Shown piece by piece: positions 51,987 through 64,000 of a DNA stretch of 64,000 nucleotides (the stretch's first letter is position 1; each line of letters opens with the position of its first letter). The notes under the pieces were generated by a model. The model did not search any database. It had not been told where the DNA came from and saw nothing but the letters and a program-made list of their open reading frames with translations. Origin of the DNA: Azolla caroliniana (taxonomy: Eukaryota > Plantae > Polypodiophyta); contig JBHGNT010000017.1 in NCBI GenBank assembly GCA_043228905.1, positions 372,001 to 436,000 of the forward strand, written 5' to 3'. Position numbers and translations under genes: made by a program.

Positions 51987-54900
51987 TTACAGATTGCTGT
52001 CTCTAGCATAAATATTTGACATCAAGACATATGCAACAGCTTTCATGGGCTCTAGATTGATTGCATGATGAAATGCACGTTTTCCTAGGTCCAAGTTATC
52101 ATGCAAACGACATGCACCCAGTAAACACAACCAAATCATTAGATTGGGTTCTTTTGGCATATGCTTCACTATATCAGTAACCCTCTTGAAATCTCCAGCA
52201 CGCCCAAACAAATCTAAAAGAATTGCGTAGTGTGTCAAAGTTGGACATATCCCAGATTCACTACTCAAGCAATGAAAATACTCAATTCCGCCCATCACGA
52301 GTCCAGCGCGACTACAAGCTGACAAAACTGAAGTTAATGTTACTTTATTGGGCTTCAAACCCGTGAGACATAGATTCTCAAGCATAAATAGAGTCAATAG
52401 AGAGTTTCCAACTCTGGCATAACCAGCTATGCATGAGGTCCACATGCTTAATTGAGGAGACGGTATTAGATCAAAGATTGCATGTGCATCACTCATGCTT
52501 GCAAAAGATCCATAAGCATGGATTAGAGAGGTTAACATGGAAAGAGCTGAATCATATCCCCCACATACAGCATAGCAATGAAGTTGCAAACATGTGTCAA
52601 GCTGACCCATTTCACTAACCGCTTGCAACATGTAGAGAACAGTAATATAGCTCACCCTTGCAAGCTTCTCCACCATATGACTATACAATTGCAGAGCTTT
52701 GTCTCTTTGGCCATTTGAAATATATAGTGAGAGGGCTATATCGTATAAATCAACGTCAGGAGCTGGAATTGAAACCAGCATGCTCTCAGCCTCCTCTATG
52801 CATCCACACTTGCTATACGCCCTCACAAAGGTTGTTGCCACAGGAGTACAAGAGGTGTATCCTTTCTTGTCGGCATCTGCATATAATGCATTCACAATTT
52901 CTTTCGAGATATCTTTTACAGTCATTTCCTTCACTAGATATTCCTCTTCTGACATGTCTATGAGAGAGATACATGCTTGGAGTGCTGCTATGAATGTTAG
53001 CTCGTTTGGACTTACATTTCTCTCTTGCATTTGTTGGTACAACATCAAAGCATTGGTCCCTTCACATATATCTACATAGGCAGAGATTAAAGCAGTCCAA
53101 GCAACAATAGTGTGTTGCGATAATCCACAGAAAACTTTCTCAGCTTCTTCAATCGCATTACACTTTCCATAGACACTCACAAGTGTGTTACAAATATGGA
53201 CGTTCGATGCATGGCCCTTCCTCCAAGCATCTACATGCAATGCATAGACAATATCTAAAGGGCTTATTTGGGCTGATACTTCCTCGAACATACCGTCTTC
53301 TCCTTTCTCCACAAGATTACTACACGCTTGAAGAGAGATGATGAACGTAGAGCAATTTGGATTTACCCCCTCTCCTTGCATCTGTCTATACAATTTTAAA
53401 GCCATGGCTCCCTGACCATGGCAGATGTATACTGAAAGCATGGCATTCCAACATGCAATGTCGCGTTCAGTTAGTGACATAAATACATTTTCAGCCTCTA
53501 AAAGAATCCCAAATTTACTATACATGACCAAAAGAGCTGTACTAACAAACATATCTGATGCGCATCCTTTCTTGCATATATCTACATGTAATTGTTGTCC
53601 AATTTCTAAACCTATCTCTTTCACTAAGTGACCATTTGCCATAACACCCTCATCTGCATCTGCAAGGATAGAACAAGCTTGAAGAGCGAACACTGTAGTG
53701 TGCATCTCTGGAGCTAAAACTTCTAAATGAAGTCTATTGTAAAACTGTAAAGCTCGGATAGCATCATTCTGTTGCACATATGCAGATAGCAGTGCATTCC
53801 ATGACACAATGTGAGGCTGTGATAATATGCCAAATACATTCTCTGCTTCAGTGATGGCACCACATTTAGCATACATAATGACTAGCGTGTTATAAACAAG
53901 AGCATTTAAGGTCCCAAATATCCTATAAGCATCCACATGAAATCCTCTTCCAATTTCCAGACACACAGATTTTGTTATGCTTCTGTTCACCTCAAAGTTT
54001 TCTAGATCCATGCATTTTCTTAAGCTTCCATCCGCATCCGGGTTTCCTAGATGCATAGATTTTCTTAAGCTTCCATCCACATCAAGGTTTTCTCGACTTA
54101 TAGATTTTGTTAATTTTCCACCTATATCAGTGCTTTGTAAACACAAGGAATTCATTAAGTTTCCATCCATATTCGTGGCTTCTAAACACATCGAACTCGT
54201 TACGCACCCATCCTCATTGATGTTTTCTAGATCCATACATTCTCTCAAATTTTTATCGATATCAATAGTGTCTGCAATTTTACCACATACTTGAAAACTA
54301 ACTGTGAATGTGGTGAGATTAGGGATTATATTTTCTTTATGCATTTGTCTATAGGATAGTAAGGCTTTCTCTCCGTCACCCACTTCGAGAAATGCTGAAA
54401 TAATGGCTGTCCACGACACAACATCACGATGTCTCATTGAAGAAAATAAATCTTTTGCAGGTGAAACCATCCCAAACTTTCCATACATGCTAACGAGAGT
54501 ATTCCCAACAAAATGGTCGCATTCAAATCCTCTGGATTTAAGATCACAATGAAATTTCTTGCCCATTTCTATATCTCTGACAAGCGCACATGATTTCAAG
54601 AGACTAACATAAGTGTAATTGTTAGGCTGAATATCGTCTCGTTGCATACATTCATACATTTGTAGTGCTTTTTCTCCTTGTCCTGAATCAGCATATGCAG
54701 AGATAAGTGCAGTCCATGAAAAAACAGTTCTTCGAGATAATTTCCAAAACAAGAAGAGAGAATCTTCCATAGCTCCACATTTTGCTAAACTCACTACTAA
54801 ATAGTCTGAAAGCAAGCTCGTAAGAGAAATGCCTCTTATGGTAAGGACAGACAACAGAGTTAATGTGTGATGCAACGATTTGATCTCATTACAAGATTTG

Positions 54901-55109
54901 AGAATAGATAGAAAAAACGATGAAGAGTGTGCGTGATTGTCCACAGCACGTAACTCCATATCCAACTTTCTGAATGGAGCACTATCTTTTTCGTTTTCTT
55001 TTCCTTTTTCCTGCCGGGTTGTTGTCGTTTCTGACGAGAATGGAGCTCGCCATCGCCCAGCAGAGATTCTCCTCCATCTAGCGACGATGAGAGAAGCATC
55101 ATTCTGCAT
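51987..55109 (-). CDS. PLS-class PPR protein with E domain, no DYW (putative organellar RNA-editing factor)
   Basis: Intronless 1040-aa ORF with repeated P-L-S triplets (SWTALISAY, LVSMYGKCG) and a C-terminal E-type region (IWLCLLGACRLH...AYVLMSNIY*). Confidence 0.93.
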   Translation of the reverse strand: MQNDASLIVARWRRISAGRWRAPFSSETTTTRQEKGKENEKDSAPFRKLDMELRAVDNHAHSSSFFLSILKSCNEIKSLHHTLTLLSVLTIRGISLTSLLSDYLVVSLAKCGAMEDSLFLFWKLSRRTVFSWTALISAYADSGQGEKALQMYECMQRDDIQPNNYTYVSLLKSCALVRDIEMGKKFHCDLKSRGFECDHFVGNTLVSMYGKFGMVSPAKDLFSSMRHRDVVSWTAIISAFLEVGDGEKALLSYRQMHKENIIPNLTTFTVSFQVCGKIADTIDIDKNLRECMDLENINEDGCVTSSMCLEATNMDGNLMNSLCLQSTDIGGKLTKSISRENLDVDGSLRKSMHLGNPDADGSLRKCMDLENFEVNRSITKSVCLEIGRGFHVDAYRIFGTLNALVYNTLVIMYAKCGAITEAENVFGILSQPHIVSWNALLSAYVQQNDAIRALQFYNRLHLEVLAPEMHTTVFALQACSILADADEGVMANGHLVKEIGLEIGQQLHVDICKKGCASDMFVSTALLVMYSKFGILLEAENVFMSLTERDIACWNAMLSVYICHGQGAMALKLYRQMQGEGVNPNCSTFIISLQACSNLVEKGEDGMFEEVSAQISPLDIVYALHVDAWRKGHASNVHICNTLVSVYGKCNAIEEAEKVFCGLSQHTIVAWTALISAYVDICEGTNALMLYQQMQERNVSPNELTFIAALQACISLIDMSEEEYLVKEMTVKDISKEIVNALYADADKKGYTSCTPVATTFVRAYSKCGCIEEAESMLVSIPAPDVDLYDIALSLYISNGQRDKALQLYSHMVEKLARVSYITVLYMLQAVSEMGQLDTCLQLHCYAVCGGYDSALSMLTSLIHAYGSFASMSDAHAIFDLIPSPQLSMWTSCIAGYARVGNSLLTLFMLENLCLTGLKPNKVTLTSVLSACSRAGLVMGGIEYFHCLSSESGICPTLTHYAILLDLFGRAGDFKRVTDIVKHMPKEPNLMIWLCLLGACRLHDNLDLGKRAFHHAINLEPMKAVAYVLMSNIYARDSNL

Positions 55110-56936
55110 ACAACATACAAAAGTTTGATAATTCCGAGTCCTTAAAGTAAGAAGTCAGCAGCAAAGAGGGACGGAAGACAAGATTTCCTGAACATTCAAG
55201 AGAAGGTCCCACTACTTCCAGCAAATCGGGTAGCCTTTCGAGAAATATATATATATATGGAAGTCGGGAGGAGGGCGAAGTCTGACAACTATATGAGACG
55301 AGTCTCCATTACAAATATGGGTGAATTCAAGTTCATCCATCATCCATGGATTCTGAAACAAACGACAAATAAAAAGCTCTCCATCCACAGGTTTCCTAAA
55401 GATCGATGATGATGATAATCATCTCCATGTGCAAGATATGGCTTTAAAGTTTGCAATGATAATTGGCCGTGGTTTTGCAGGCACAAATAAAGAGTGCATG
55501 TATGGGATAGGGATGGTGAGGAGCCATGGTATCATCATTTTTCACTCGCTGTTCAAAACCACAATTAGAAAACAAAAACAAAAACAAAAACGCTCTAGGT
55601 TTTCTTCAAATCCATGATCACGGCCTTAATGCATGTGACAGAATGATTTTGGAGATGGTTTACAGGTATGAAGTGCATAATTAGTATGTATGGGTTAAGA
55701 TGCTACAAGGACTCAATTGTATCCAAGGTTTCCTAGTGTGATGGTGTCTCTAGATGTCCTCGTATGGGTCAAACATGGCAGGCAGTGATCCCCATTATTT
55801 GGGGATGGCAGGGTCCATGTCCCATGTATCCTGGTATCCAGGTCTCTACTGTCATAAGCTTCCCTTTGTGCACTCTGCGGTGACTCATCAGCTGGTATTC
55901 CAAGACTTTGAAGATTTAACAAAATACTTTGTAACAGACTTCGAAGACTTCATATGATCATTTCACTTTTAAAAGGTTCAAAGTATCACTACTATACTGT
56001 TGCGGGACCATGCATACTATATCTTCATTTCCCCCCCATTGTTTGCAAGAACCCTTCTATCATGGGAGGGAGACCTTGCAATCTTTGCTTGGCCCCTATG
56101 GCCAAACTTTACAACGCCTAGGCCCTTAAATATCTAGGGATCATGTTTGGACACATAATTAGGTTTTGATCAACATCAATATCAATATTGAAATTGGGTT
56201 TGAAGTAGAATACATGTTACAACAGAGAGCGGACTTTATGATATATATATAGTAGTGCTGAACTAGATAATATGGATGAGAATGGCATGTATTCAACAAA
56301 TTTACACAACATGATTACTTTAACAAGAATAGTTATACACCTGGCCAACAATCTTTAAGTATTTATTAAAATAAATATGTCATATGATGACATTTTAACT
56401 CAGATGCATTTGATTCTCATTGAGTGAAACCTGATGTAGATCCAGCTTGGATACAGTTCCATGGGATTATTGGAACTCATATCGAAAGATAGTGTTAATG
56501 GCCTTCAAACATCGTGCTTAACAACCATGTCAATATTGCAATTCACTCACGAAAATACATAAGGGAAATTATGAACAACTGCCAACACTGAGCCGGTGTC
56601 TGGCAGCATCTACCAATTTCCATGGACCATGCAAGATCAATGGATTCTCATCATGTGAAAATACTTAAATAAATATAAAATCAAACACACACACACACAC
56701 ACGTCTTGGCCCTTCGCCAAGAGATATATTGAGGAACCTTCTTCTGCAAAAGGAACTTCGCAAAGCTCATTCACCTTTGCTCCACCTTAGCATTCAATTG
56801 CTACAGAAGGTCTGTTATTCAAATAAATCATACAACGCCGGCTGCCAAATATGTGTTGTTAAGCATGGTATAAGGAATTGACATGATACCTATTTAGAAT
56901 GAACACCCTAACACTTCAATGAAGCACTAAACAGAA

Positions 56937-59319
56937 TCACTTGGCATTCGGCCCATCCAGATTAGTTGGAACAATCTTGTTGAGGTATTGACCTTGATTT
57001 ACCATAGCACCAGAAGGATTCATTGCAATACCTCTCTCTACTACATGCAATTGTTTTCCACTTTGGCCGTAATGCTGGTGTCCTTCAACAGGATCTGAAA
57101 ACATTTGACCAGAGACTTGTTGAGCTTTGCTTTCTTGTTGAAGTGCCCATATTCCATGTGGAGAGGACAACAAATGTGGAGCAACATTAGGCAATTGCCC
57201 CACCCTTGGACTAGTAGAATCAGGTAGTCTACGAGGACTAGTAGAATCAAGATGTTGTCGGGGACTTGTAGGACCATCTGATGTTCCTTGTCTATACGAA
57301 GGTGAAGAAAGGCGACTACTAGATAGTGCATCGGGCCGAGCAAACATATTCGGTGGATGCTGATAATGAGTATACAGTCCAGACGATGCTGATAATGGCA
57401 TATGAGCTTCAAAGGATTGCCCGTGCTTCTGCATCCCATGACCTACGCGAATAGTCTCTGGATTAGAGCCTTGATACTGTTGATGTTCCTGACTACCATC
57501 TCTTATTTGCCAATAGACTGGTTGGAAGTGACTCTTCCCCATGTGATGCAAATGATCATGTCTGGATTGCAAGGGACTCGAAATTTCATATTCACCATGC
57601 CTTGATTGTTGCTGGGCCGTTATATCTTCGTGCCTCACAAAATGATGAGTATGCATAATATTCTCTGGAGTTGAATGCATTTCAAGCTTTCTATGCCCTC
57701 TCTCAGAATCACCATCATTTCTTTGGCCATCGATGCACTTATCACTTACACTTTGTTGAGCGATTCCCCATTGCACTTCAGAGTTATTGTGTGTATGATG
57801 GGCCCTTTGCATCTCCGGAGATATGTAATGCCTCATATTATTCCCTTGAATAAGCATGTCTTGCCTTGCATCCAAAAAAGCCTCGGGAAAGTCAGGATGC
57901 ATATCAACATGAGGCATTGTTTGAGGTTTTGGTCGGCGAGCCATCACTGCTTGAATATTTGAAGCACAGTTATCTGGAACAACAAAGTCTTTCGATGGGA
58001 TTCTGACCATGGGCACTACTATACCAGAATCATGCAGAAAAATCTGATGATGAGATTCACTATCCAACTCACCACGACACTTGTCATTGCGATGACTAAC
58101 TAGGGTAGTACCTTCTTCCCATATTTCGAAATGCTGTGGCAGTTGGTTTTGATGTTGGTTGGATGAAAGGGAGCCCAGAGCTGAGGTAGTAAGGGCAGGA
58201 CCCCGACCTCCATAATCAATAGGAGAGCCTGACGAGACAAGTGGCCGTGAATAGTTCGCTGGAATTCCATGAAATGGATTAGGTCCAACTGCTTTTAGAG
58301 GAGAACCAATACCTTGTCGGGGAGATCGTGGGGAGTGCTGATCTTCCACCTCATTAAGCTTATACTGATGCCGAGAAACATGACCATCAAAACCATTATC
58401 ACTATTCACTTCAGGCATAGAAAACGTTAGTGGTGAATGAGAAAATGCAACGCCTTGTGCCCGAGGAGAAATTTTGTGATCCCGAGGGGAACTCTTAATA
58501 TCTTCCATAGTTTGACAATGGACGTGGCTCGATGATAGCGATACTAATCCAGATGAAGGGAAAAGGAAAGCTCTAAGCCTTGATGCACCTTCACGAGCTT
58601 CATTCTTCTCATACTCCTCAATAAGGTTTTCCACGTCTTCATCACATGTTACAGAGATGAGCACATCAAGATCTTCGCTTGGGAGTTGGTACTTCAAGCA
58701 GAGATTGGATCCGAAAAGCTTCTCCAACTTATTTGTGAGATCTGTCAGAAAACCATACACGAGAGAGAATGTTATGAAGGCTCACGCGACTCTCTCTTGC
58801 ACACACAACAATACAACCACAACAGCTCATCAGCAGAAAGCAATCCCGACTTTCTTTAGCTCCATCACTCCTCATGCTACTAGTCAATCAAGGATTACAC
58901 AAGTGGGGTCCTAACAATGACGCTTGAAAGGTGTTACAACAAATCAGGTAATAATAATGTGCCATGCATGTAGGCCATGATCATCAAAGGCTATGGACTT
59001 CTCATCCTTGCCATCAAAAAATAAAGACAAATAGAGTTCATTATCACCCAGAACAGAAGGTGCTTCCTTCAGTTTTAGAGCTCTCTCAATCTTGGAATGG
59101 CCAATGTTGGAGATGCATTGAAGTCAGAAGTTTCAATCTATCTAAGGTCAGAGTCCTTAGATATTAGATTCTCTAGTACTCGTTTAGTTATATTTATTTT
59201 AATTTGCTCTCAAAGTAGGAAACAATGCTTTAATTTATAATCTCTTGAGAAAATGTTTTAATTTGTAATCTCTTGTTTGGTTTTATGTCATTTTGACCTC
59301 TTAAAATAGGTGAATGTAG

Positions 59320-59363
<44 letters not shown>

Positions 59364-60074
59364 GAGTCCCCACATGCAGAAAAAAGGATATACAAATAAC
59401 CCAACACGGCGAAAAGAGAGAAAATGCACAGTACGCCAATATACAGAAGATAAATCCTCTCTCAGACCCACATACAGAAGAGAGAATAAAAAAATAGCCA
59501 ATCTGCAAAAAGGGAAGAAATATAAAATATACCCACCAATACAGAACAGTAGAGACAGAGAGTTTCTCTTTTCATACAGGAGACTATGTTGTGCGGAAGA
59601 AGAAGATAGAAAACACCTACTACAGAATTAACGAAAATGTACAGATAATCACATGCGGAAGAGAAGTAGATCTCTGTCCGATCCACATACATAAAGCTGC
59701 GTATAAAAAATACCCGTTATGTACCCAGAAAGCAAAGAAGATCACACAATCATACCACAATAATAAACAAAAGAGAAGATAAAAAGACACAGCATAAAGA
59801 TTTGAAACAAACGGGAAAATACAAACAACCAAGAAGAAATGAAAGAAAGGGATATGCATGTACCCTGGAATCCGATGTTCTTGCTGAACGTAACCAATCT
59901 AGTGTCACCACCGACATATCGAAGCTGCCCATCAGGCCTGGGGAGGATCTTTCCGCCATGGCTACAGAGCAACTTCATCCTCGAGTGAGCATACTCCTCT
60001 GCACAAGGAACCTTGACTGATGGAGATAACGACGATGGTATGGTAGTAACATGGTGCTGATCTTCTGATACCAT
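56937..60074 (-). CDS. PB1 (octicosapeptide/Phox/Bem1p) domain protein, two exons
   Basis: Exon 59864-60074 (MKLLCSHGGKILPRPDGQLRYVGGDTR) splices G|AT to exon 56937-58741 (LKYQLPSEDLDVLISVTCDEDVENLIEEY, RLRAFLF), followed by a low-complexity tail. No kinase domain. Confidence 0.92.
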
Positions 60075-60466
60075 TTTTGTGTGTCGAGATTTAATTTCTA
60101 TCTATCTACACCGAGATAATAAAAACCATTACCATGGGGGATAGGTAGAGAGAGAAGGATGAAATTCATAGGAAGGCGAGGCTTCCAGACTGAACCTTCT
60201 TCTGTCTCCTTCCTGCCTTCCAATGAATGAATTAATTGGTGGCTTTGTTACAGAGTGTTTAGATCCATAATTGATAAAGAGGAGGTAGAGAGAGTGCCAA
60301 ATTTATCTATCTATCCAGTCAATCAATCCACACACTCTCTCTGTCTCTGTCTCTCTCTCTCATTTCCCTTTTCACCAAAAGCTCCCCCCTCCAATTTCTT
60401 TCTATTTGTTGTTCTGCTAGTTTTTGGAATGTTTTTTCCCCGGATGTCTTCTACCTCTGCCCACTC

Positions 60467-60536
60467 TAACCCAACCTAACCTAACCTTTAACCTTTAACC
60501 TTTAACCTTTAACCTTTAACCTTTAACCTTTAACCT
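60467..60536. repeat. (AACCTTT)7 heptamer array preceded by CCTAA units
   Basis: Seven perfect AACCTTT copies at 60483-60531. Confidence 0.9.
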
Positions 60537-63500
60537 ACAATACAATTTCGGAACTCGTTGCCGAGTTTCTCTCTCTCTTCATGATCTCCGACTTTCTACC
60601 ATCATGACAACGAACAATGGCCGGAAAGAACCATCTTGTGGCAGCTTACAAGATGGTCGGACTCTTGAGATATATGGCTTTGAGTTTATGTGATTGCGTG
60701 TCTAGGCAAGGCTCTGCACTGTCACACAAAAGGGCATCGCACTTAGTTTTTGGTGTTTGCTCGAATCATCTTTTTTACTTCCCCCTTGACCAAATTTGTA
60801 TGAGTTTCCGTCCAGTCCACCCAGCACAATACTTTTGTAACCTTGAAATATGCAAGGTTGGGACACTTGGGGAGCTTGATCTATCATGGTAGACTCGCGA
60901 AAAGAATTTCCAACTTTCATGTTTGGACTCTAGGGCGTGCCCATCCCTGTCTTTGGAGTAACCTTGAGATAGAAGACAAAGGAAAGTGATTGACAATGGT
61001 TTTTGGGATCTAACCAATGATGAGATGTTGAACTAAGTAAGCTAAGTAAAAATATATTGGAAACCATTATTGTGAAGAATAACAAAACATAGTTTCTTTT
61101 GGCAAAGATACTTGGGTTTTATTTATCGCCTACATCTAACTCCGCACATGCAAACTGCCACTTCATTGCCCTTTTCCAATATAGTGTCACCTCGAAGAAA
61201 GATTCCAAAGTTTCTTGTTTCGTTTCGTTAACCTTCTCTAGAAAGGCATCAACCCTAGCCTCTTTCTATTTGAAAAATAGTTTACTCTTTGTTCTATCCG
61301 TTCATTTCTCTAGTTTAGGAAATGTATGTTGAAACACTATAATCGCCAATGCAAAGTTGTTTGTGTGATGTATCTATATTCGTAAGATAAAAATGTGAGA
61401 CTCAAATTATTGATAATCCTATGGATATGATAGTATATGAGCTCAATAGAAGGTTTTATGGAATAACAACAACGGGATATTTACAATGATAATAATTACA
61501 TTGTGCAAAACATTCACAAATACACTTTACTTACTCAAGTGTCAATGAAAACTACTTTGCCACATGTGTGTAGATTGCGATTCACAACCTATGCAACCTA
61601 ACATTTAAATGTTTGATGTCCTTAATTTATTGACATGTGTCAGTTTCCTTAGGCTACTTCGAATTTTTACAAGTTTGGTAATATATTCTTATGGTCTTTT
61701 TTAACAAATCAAGTATATGTGTTCAACCACAAACATTTATGGCACTCCAAACATCAAAGCTTTGGGTGTTCCGTAAATTGGCTAAGCCTCACCATTTAGT
61801 GAGCGACAAAATTCGTTATATGTTCTTTTTGCAAAAAGGTAACAGTCTAACATGCAAAGCTGGCACGAGGTAGCATTACCTTAACTTTTTAGGAAGGGGG
61901 TACTGATTCATTGGTGTTTAGACATAGCATGAATGTACTACATACTTCTATACATAGTGATCTTCCTAGGCCACCAATATTATGTCCTTCAAGAATGAAT
62001 GATGGTGCCAGCACACACGAATACCTATGCTTGGAAATACACTCAAAAGAATACATATACCAAGCATGGTCGCCATGATTTTGGTTGCACAATATCTTCT
62101 TGTTTCATTCTATGTGCACTCGAACAATCCTCGTGTGAAAAAATAACTATTGTGATGTCTTTACTTGTGGCATTGGGTTTTTTTACTATTATAAACTAGA
62201 CAATAATCATTGATAAGTTTGTGCCCCAAAGGTGCTTCACATAACGATAGGTGGAAATTTTCTAGACGATATTTCCCATGACAAATAAAAAAAGAATGAA
62301 GGATTGCAATATATATTGGACGAAACTTACAAGTCTGCCTAGGACTCCCATAATGTATGTTCAACGAGGTTAGCATCTATATGCTAGATTAAGAAAAAGA
62401 AATTACAAGCATAAGCTCGAGGGTTTCAATTATCATAAGAGATGTCCTATTTTTTCTACACTATCAAACATTACCTATAGATGAGCTACCGCAAGTTGAG
62501 CTAGGAACTCAATCCAACTGAGGTGGTGGTCTCTCGTCAAATTTATCCCTTCATGGTGAGTCAAGTTAATGTGGACACACAACAACTTACCAGCTATAAA
62601 CGTTGTTAATCTTAACCCTCAAGCAAGCAAACCCTCGAAAATTCATTCAACTAAGACCAATGAAGATAGACCATCTATCAATCGCACACTAAAACAATCT
62701 CCTAAGAATTGGTCACCCATGAATTAGAGCCATGTTTGACCATCCCCCCTCTTCAAAAGCATCCAAAAAGCCCTTAGCTAGCTAGTTATCTAGTTCAAGA
62801 CTTAAATAAAGTATGGTTGACTAAAACCTATATGTAGTAGAGTTTTTAAACAGCCATTCATGAAGGCTCATAGATCTACATAATTCAATAATTTAATCCC
62901 AGATGTATTGTGTGTCAATTTCCTCTATAAAACATAAAGGGTTCACTTTTGTAAATTTTATATATTTCCCAATATACCCCTCCCTATCGAGAAATCGACC
63001 TGGTCGCTCTCTTCCTGCTCTGCTCATGGCCAGAACCTATCTTCAAAAGATCTCCTTACTTACTTACTTACTTACTTACTGCATTCATTCATTTCTGACA
63101 TTCGAAGCCCATTCATCATTCGTTCATTGTCAATGAATGATTCTGAATCAATACATACTCTCCCTATCGATGATTTGTCTGTCATTACATACTACTACTA
63201 TACTATCGACAAATTGTTGATACCTACTCTGTAAGGATCTGTCTATATTCGACTATCAATGGCTCTCTCAGACTCTCTACATCCACAGTTCGCCCCTCCA
63301 TACCTCCAGTACTCACTCTCACCATGGAGCGCTCAGTTCTCAAACCCATCTATTCGTTCTTTCTCCATAAAAGGGTTACAGAGGATCTTTCATTACCTCC
63401 ATTAAGCATCCAATGTGTCCACCTAAGCATGGACGGGGGGGTAAGGTTAAGAGCTCAACTTTGTAAAAAGATGTATAAAAGCTTCTTCTTCTCCTTCATT

Positions 63501-64000
63501 TTCAAGATTTAGACAAGAGCATTGTCTCTCCTAATCTTTCCATTCATGAGATCATGCTGGTGCTTAAGTATCTCATCTTAAACGATCAAGCTTGATTGTG
63601 TAACCATGGCGTATGAATTAATTTAAGGCATTGATTAACTTCTTGAATTTCTATGTGTCTCATTAAGTTCAATTATGTATTTGAAGTTTTAAGTGTAACT
63701 AATTATATGTCATCTTCTTAATTAAGTTTAAGTCGTTAAGAGAGGAGGGAAGGAGGTTGTCTAGGTACTTAGCATGACCTTTAGTATCTTATAAGCTGAA
63801 TGACTTAGGGTTCAGGGAGATAGAACCCCGGTCCCCGACCATGAGAAAGACATGTGCTTGATGTAACATACCTAGAAGTGACTCAAGAAGACACCTTGTC
63901 CCATAGCCTGACCATGTTCCACATGCTCTTATCTTAGCCACTGTCACGAACATCTTGAAGTAGAAGCCTAACTGACTAGGTCCCAATGCGAAAGAAAAGT

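Noticed and set aside
61000-64000. Short ORFs and possible transposon remnants at the right end
   Set aside because: No recognisable domain, terminal repeat or splice-consistent gene model.

Overview
Land-plant nuclear DNA, AT-rich and intron-containing. A fern is likely (inference from the PLS-PPR with long-insert 'LL'-type motifs); the high gene density would fit a small-genome water fern. In order along the window: the 5' end of a C2-domain (SRC2/BAP-like) gene running off the left edge; a full-length, very young Ty1/copia element (near-identical LTRs, CCTTA TSD, PBS-Met, PPT) with a broken gag-pol; a decayed LINE; a foldback MITE; an MTOPVIB (meiotic topoisomerase VI B-like) gene with a U12 AT-AC intron and signs of disruption; the tail of an unidentified convergent gene and a 100-N gap; a starch branching enzyme gene whose introns hold a 420-bp near-perfect inverted repeat and a decayed tRNA-Ala triplet; a hAT MITE; a P-class PPR; an unannotated tandem-PH-like gene; ATG8; a PLS-E PPR with a 15-aa repeat expansion; and a PB1-domain gene. 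Exon models were read by eye and family assignments rest on recalled motifs, not database searches. I see no evidence of a wholly new multi-gene system. The best leads are the MTOPVIB lesions and U12 intron, the intronic hairpin, the PH-like gene and the LTR positioned upstream of the C2 gene.
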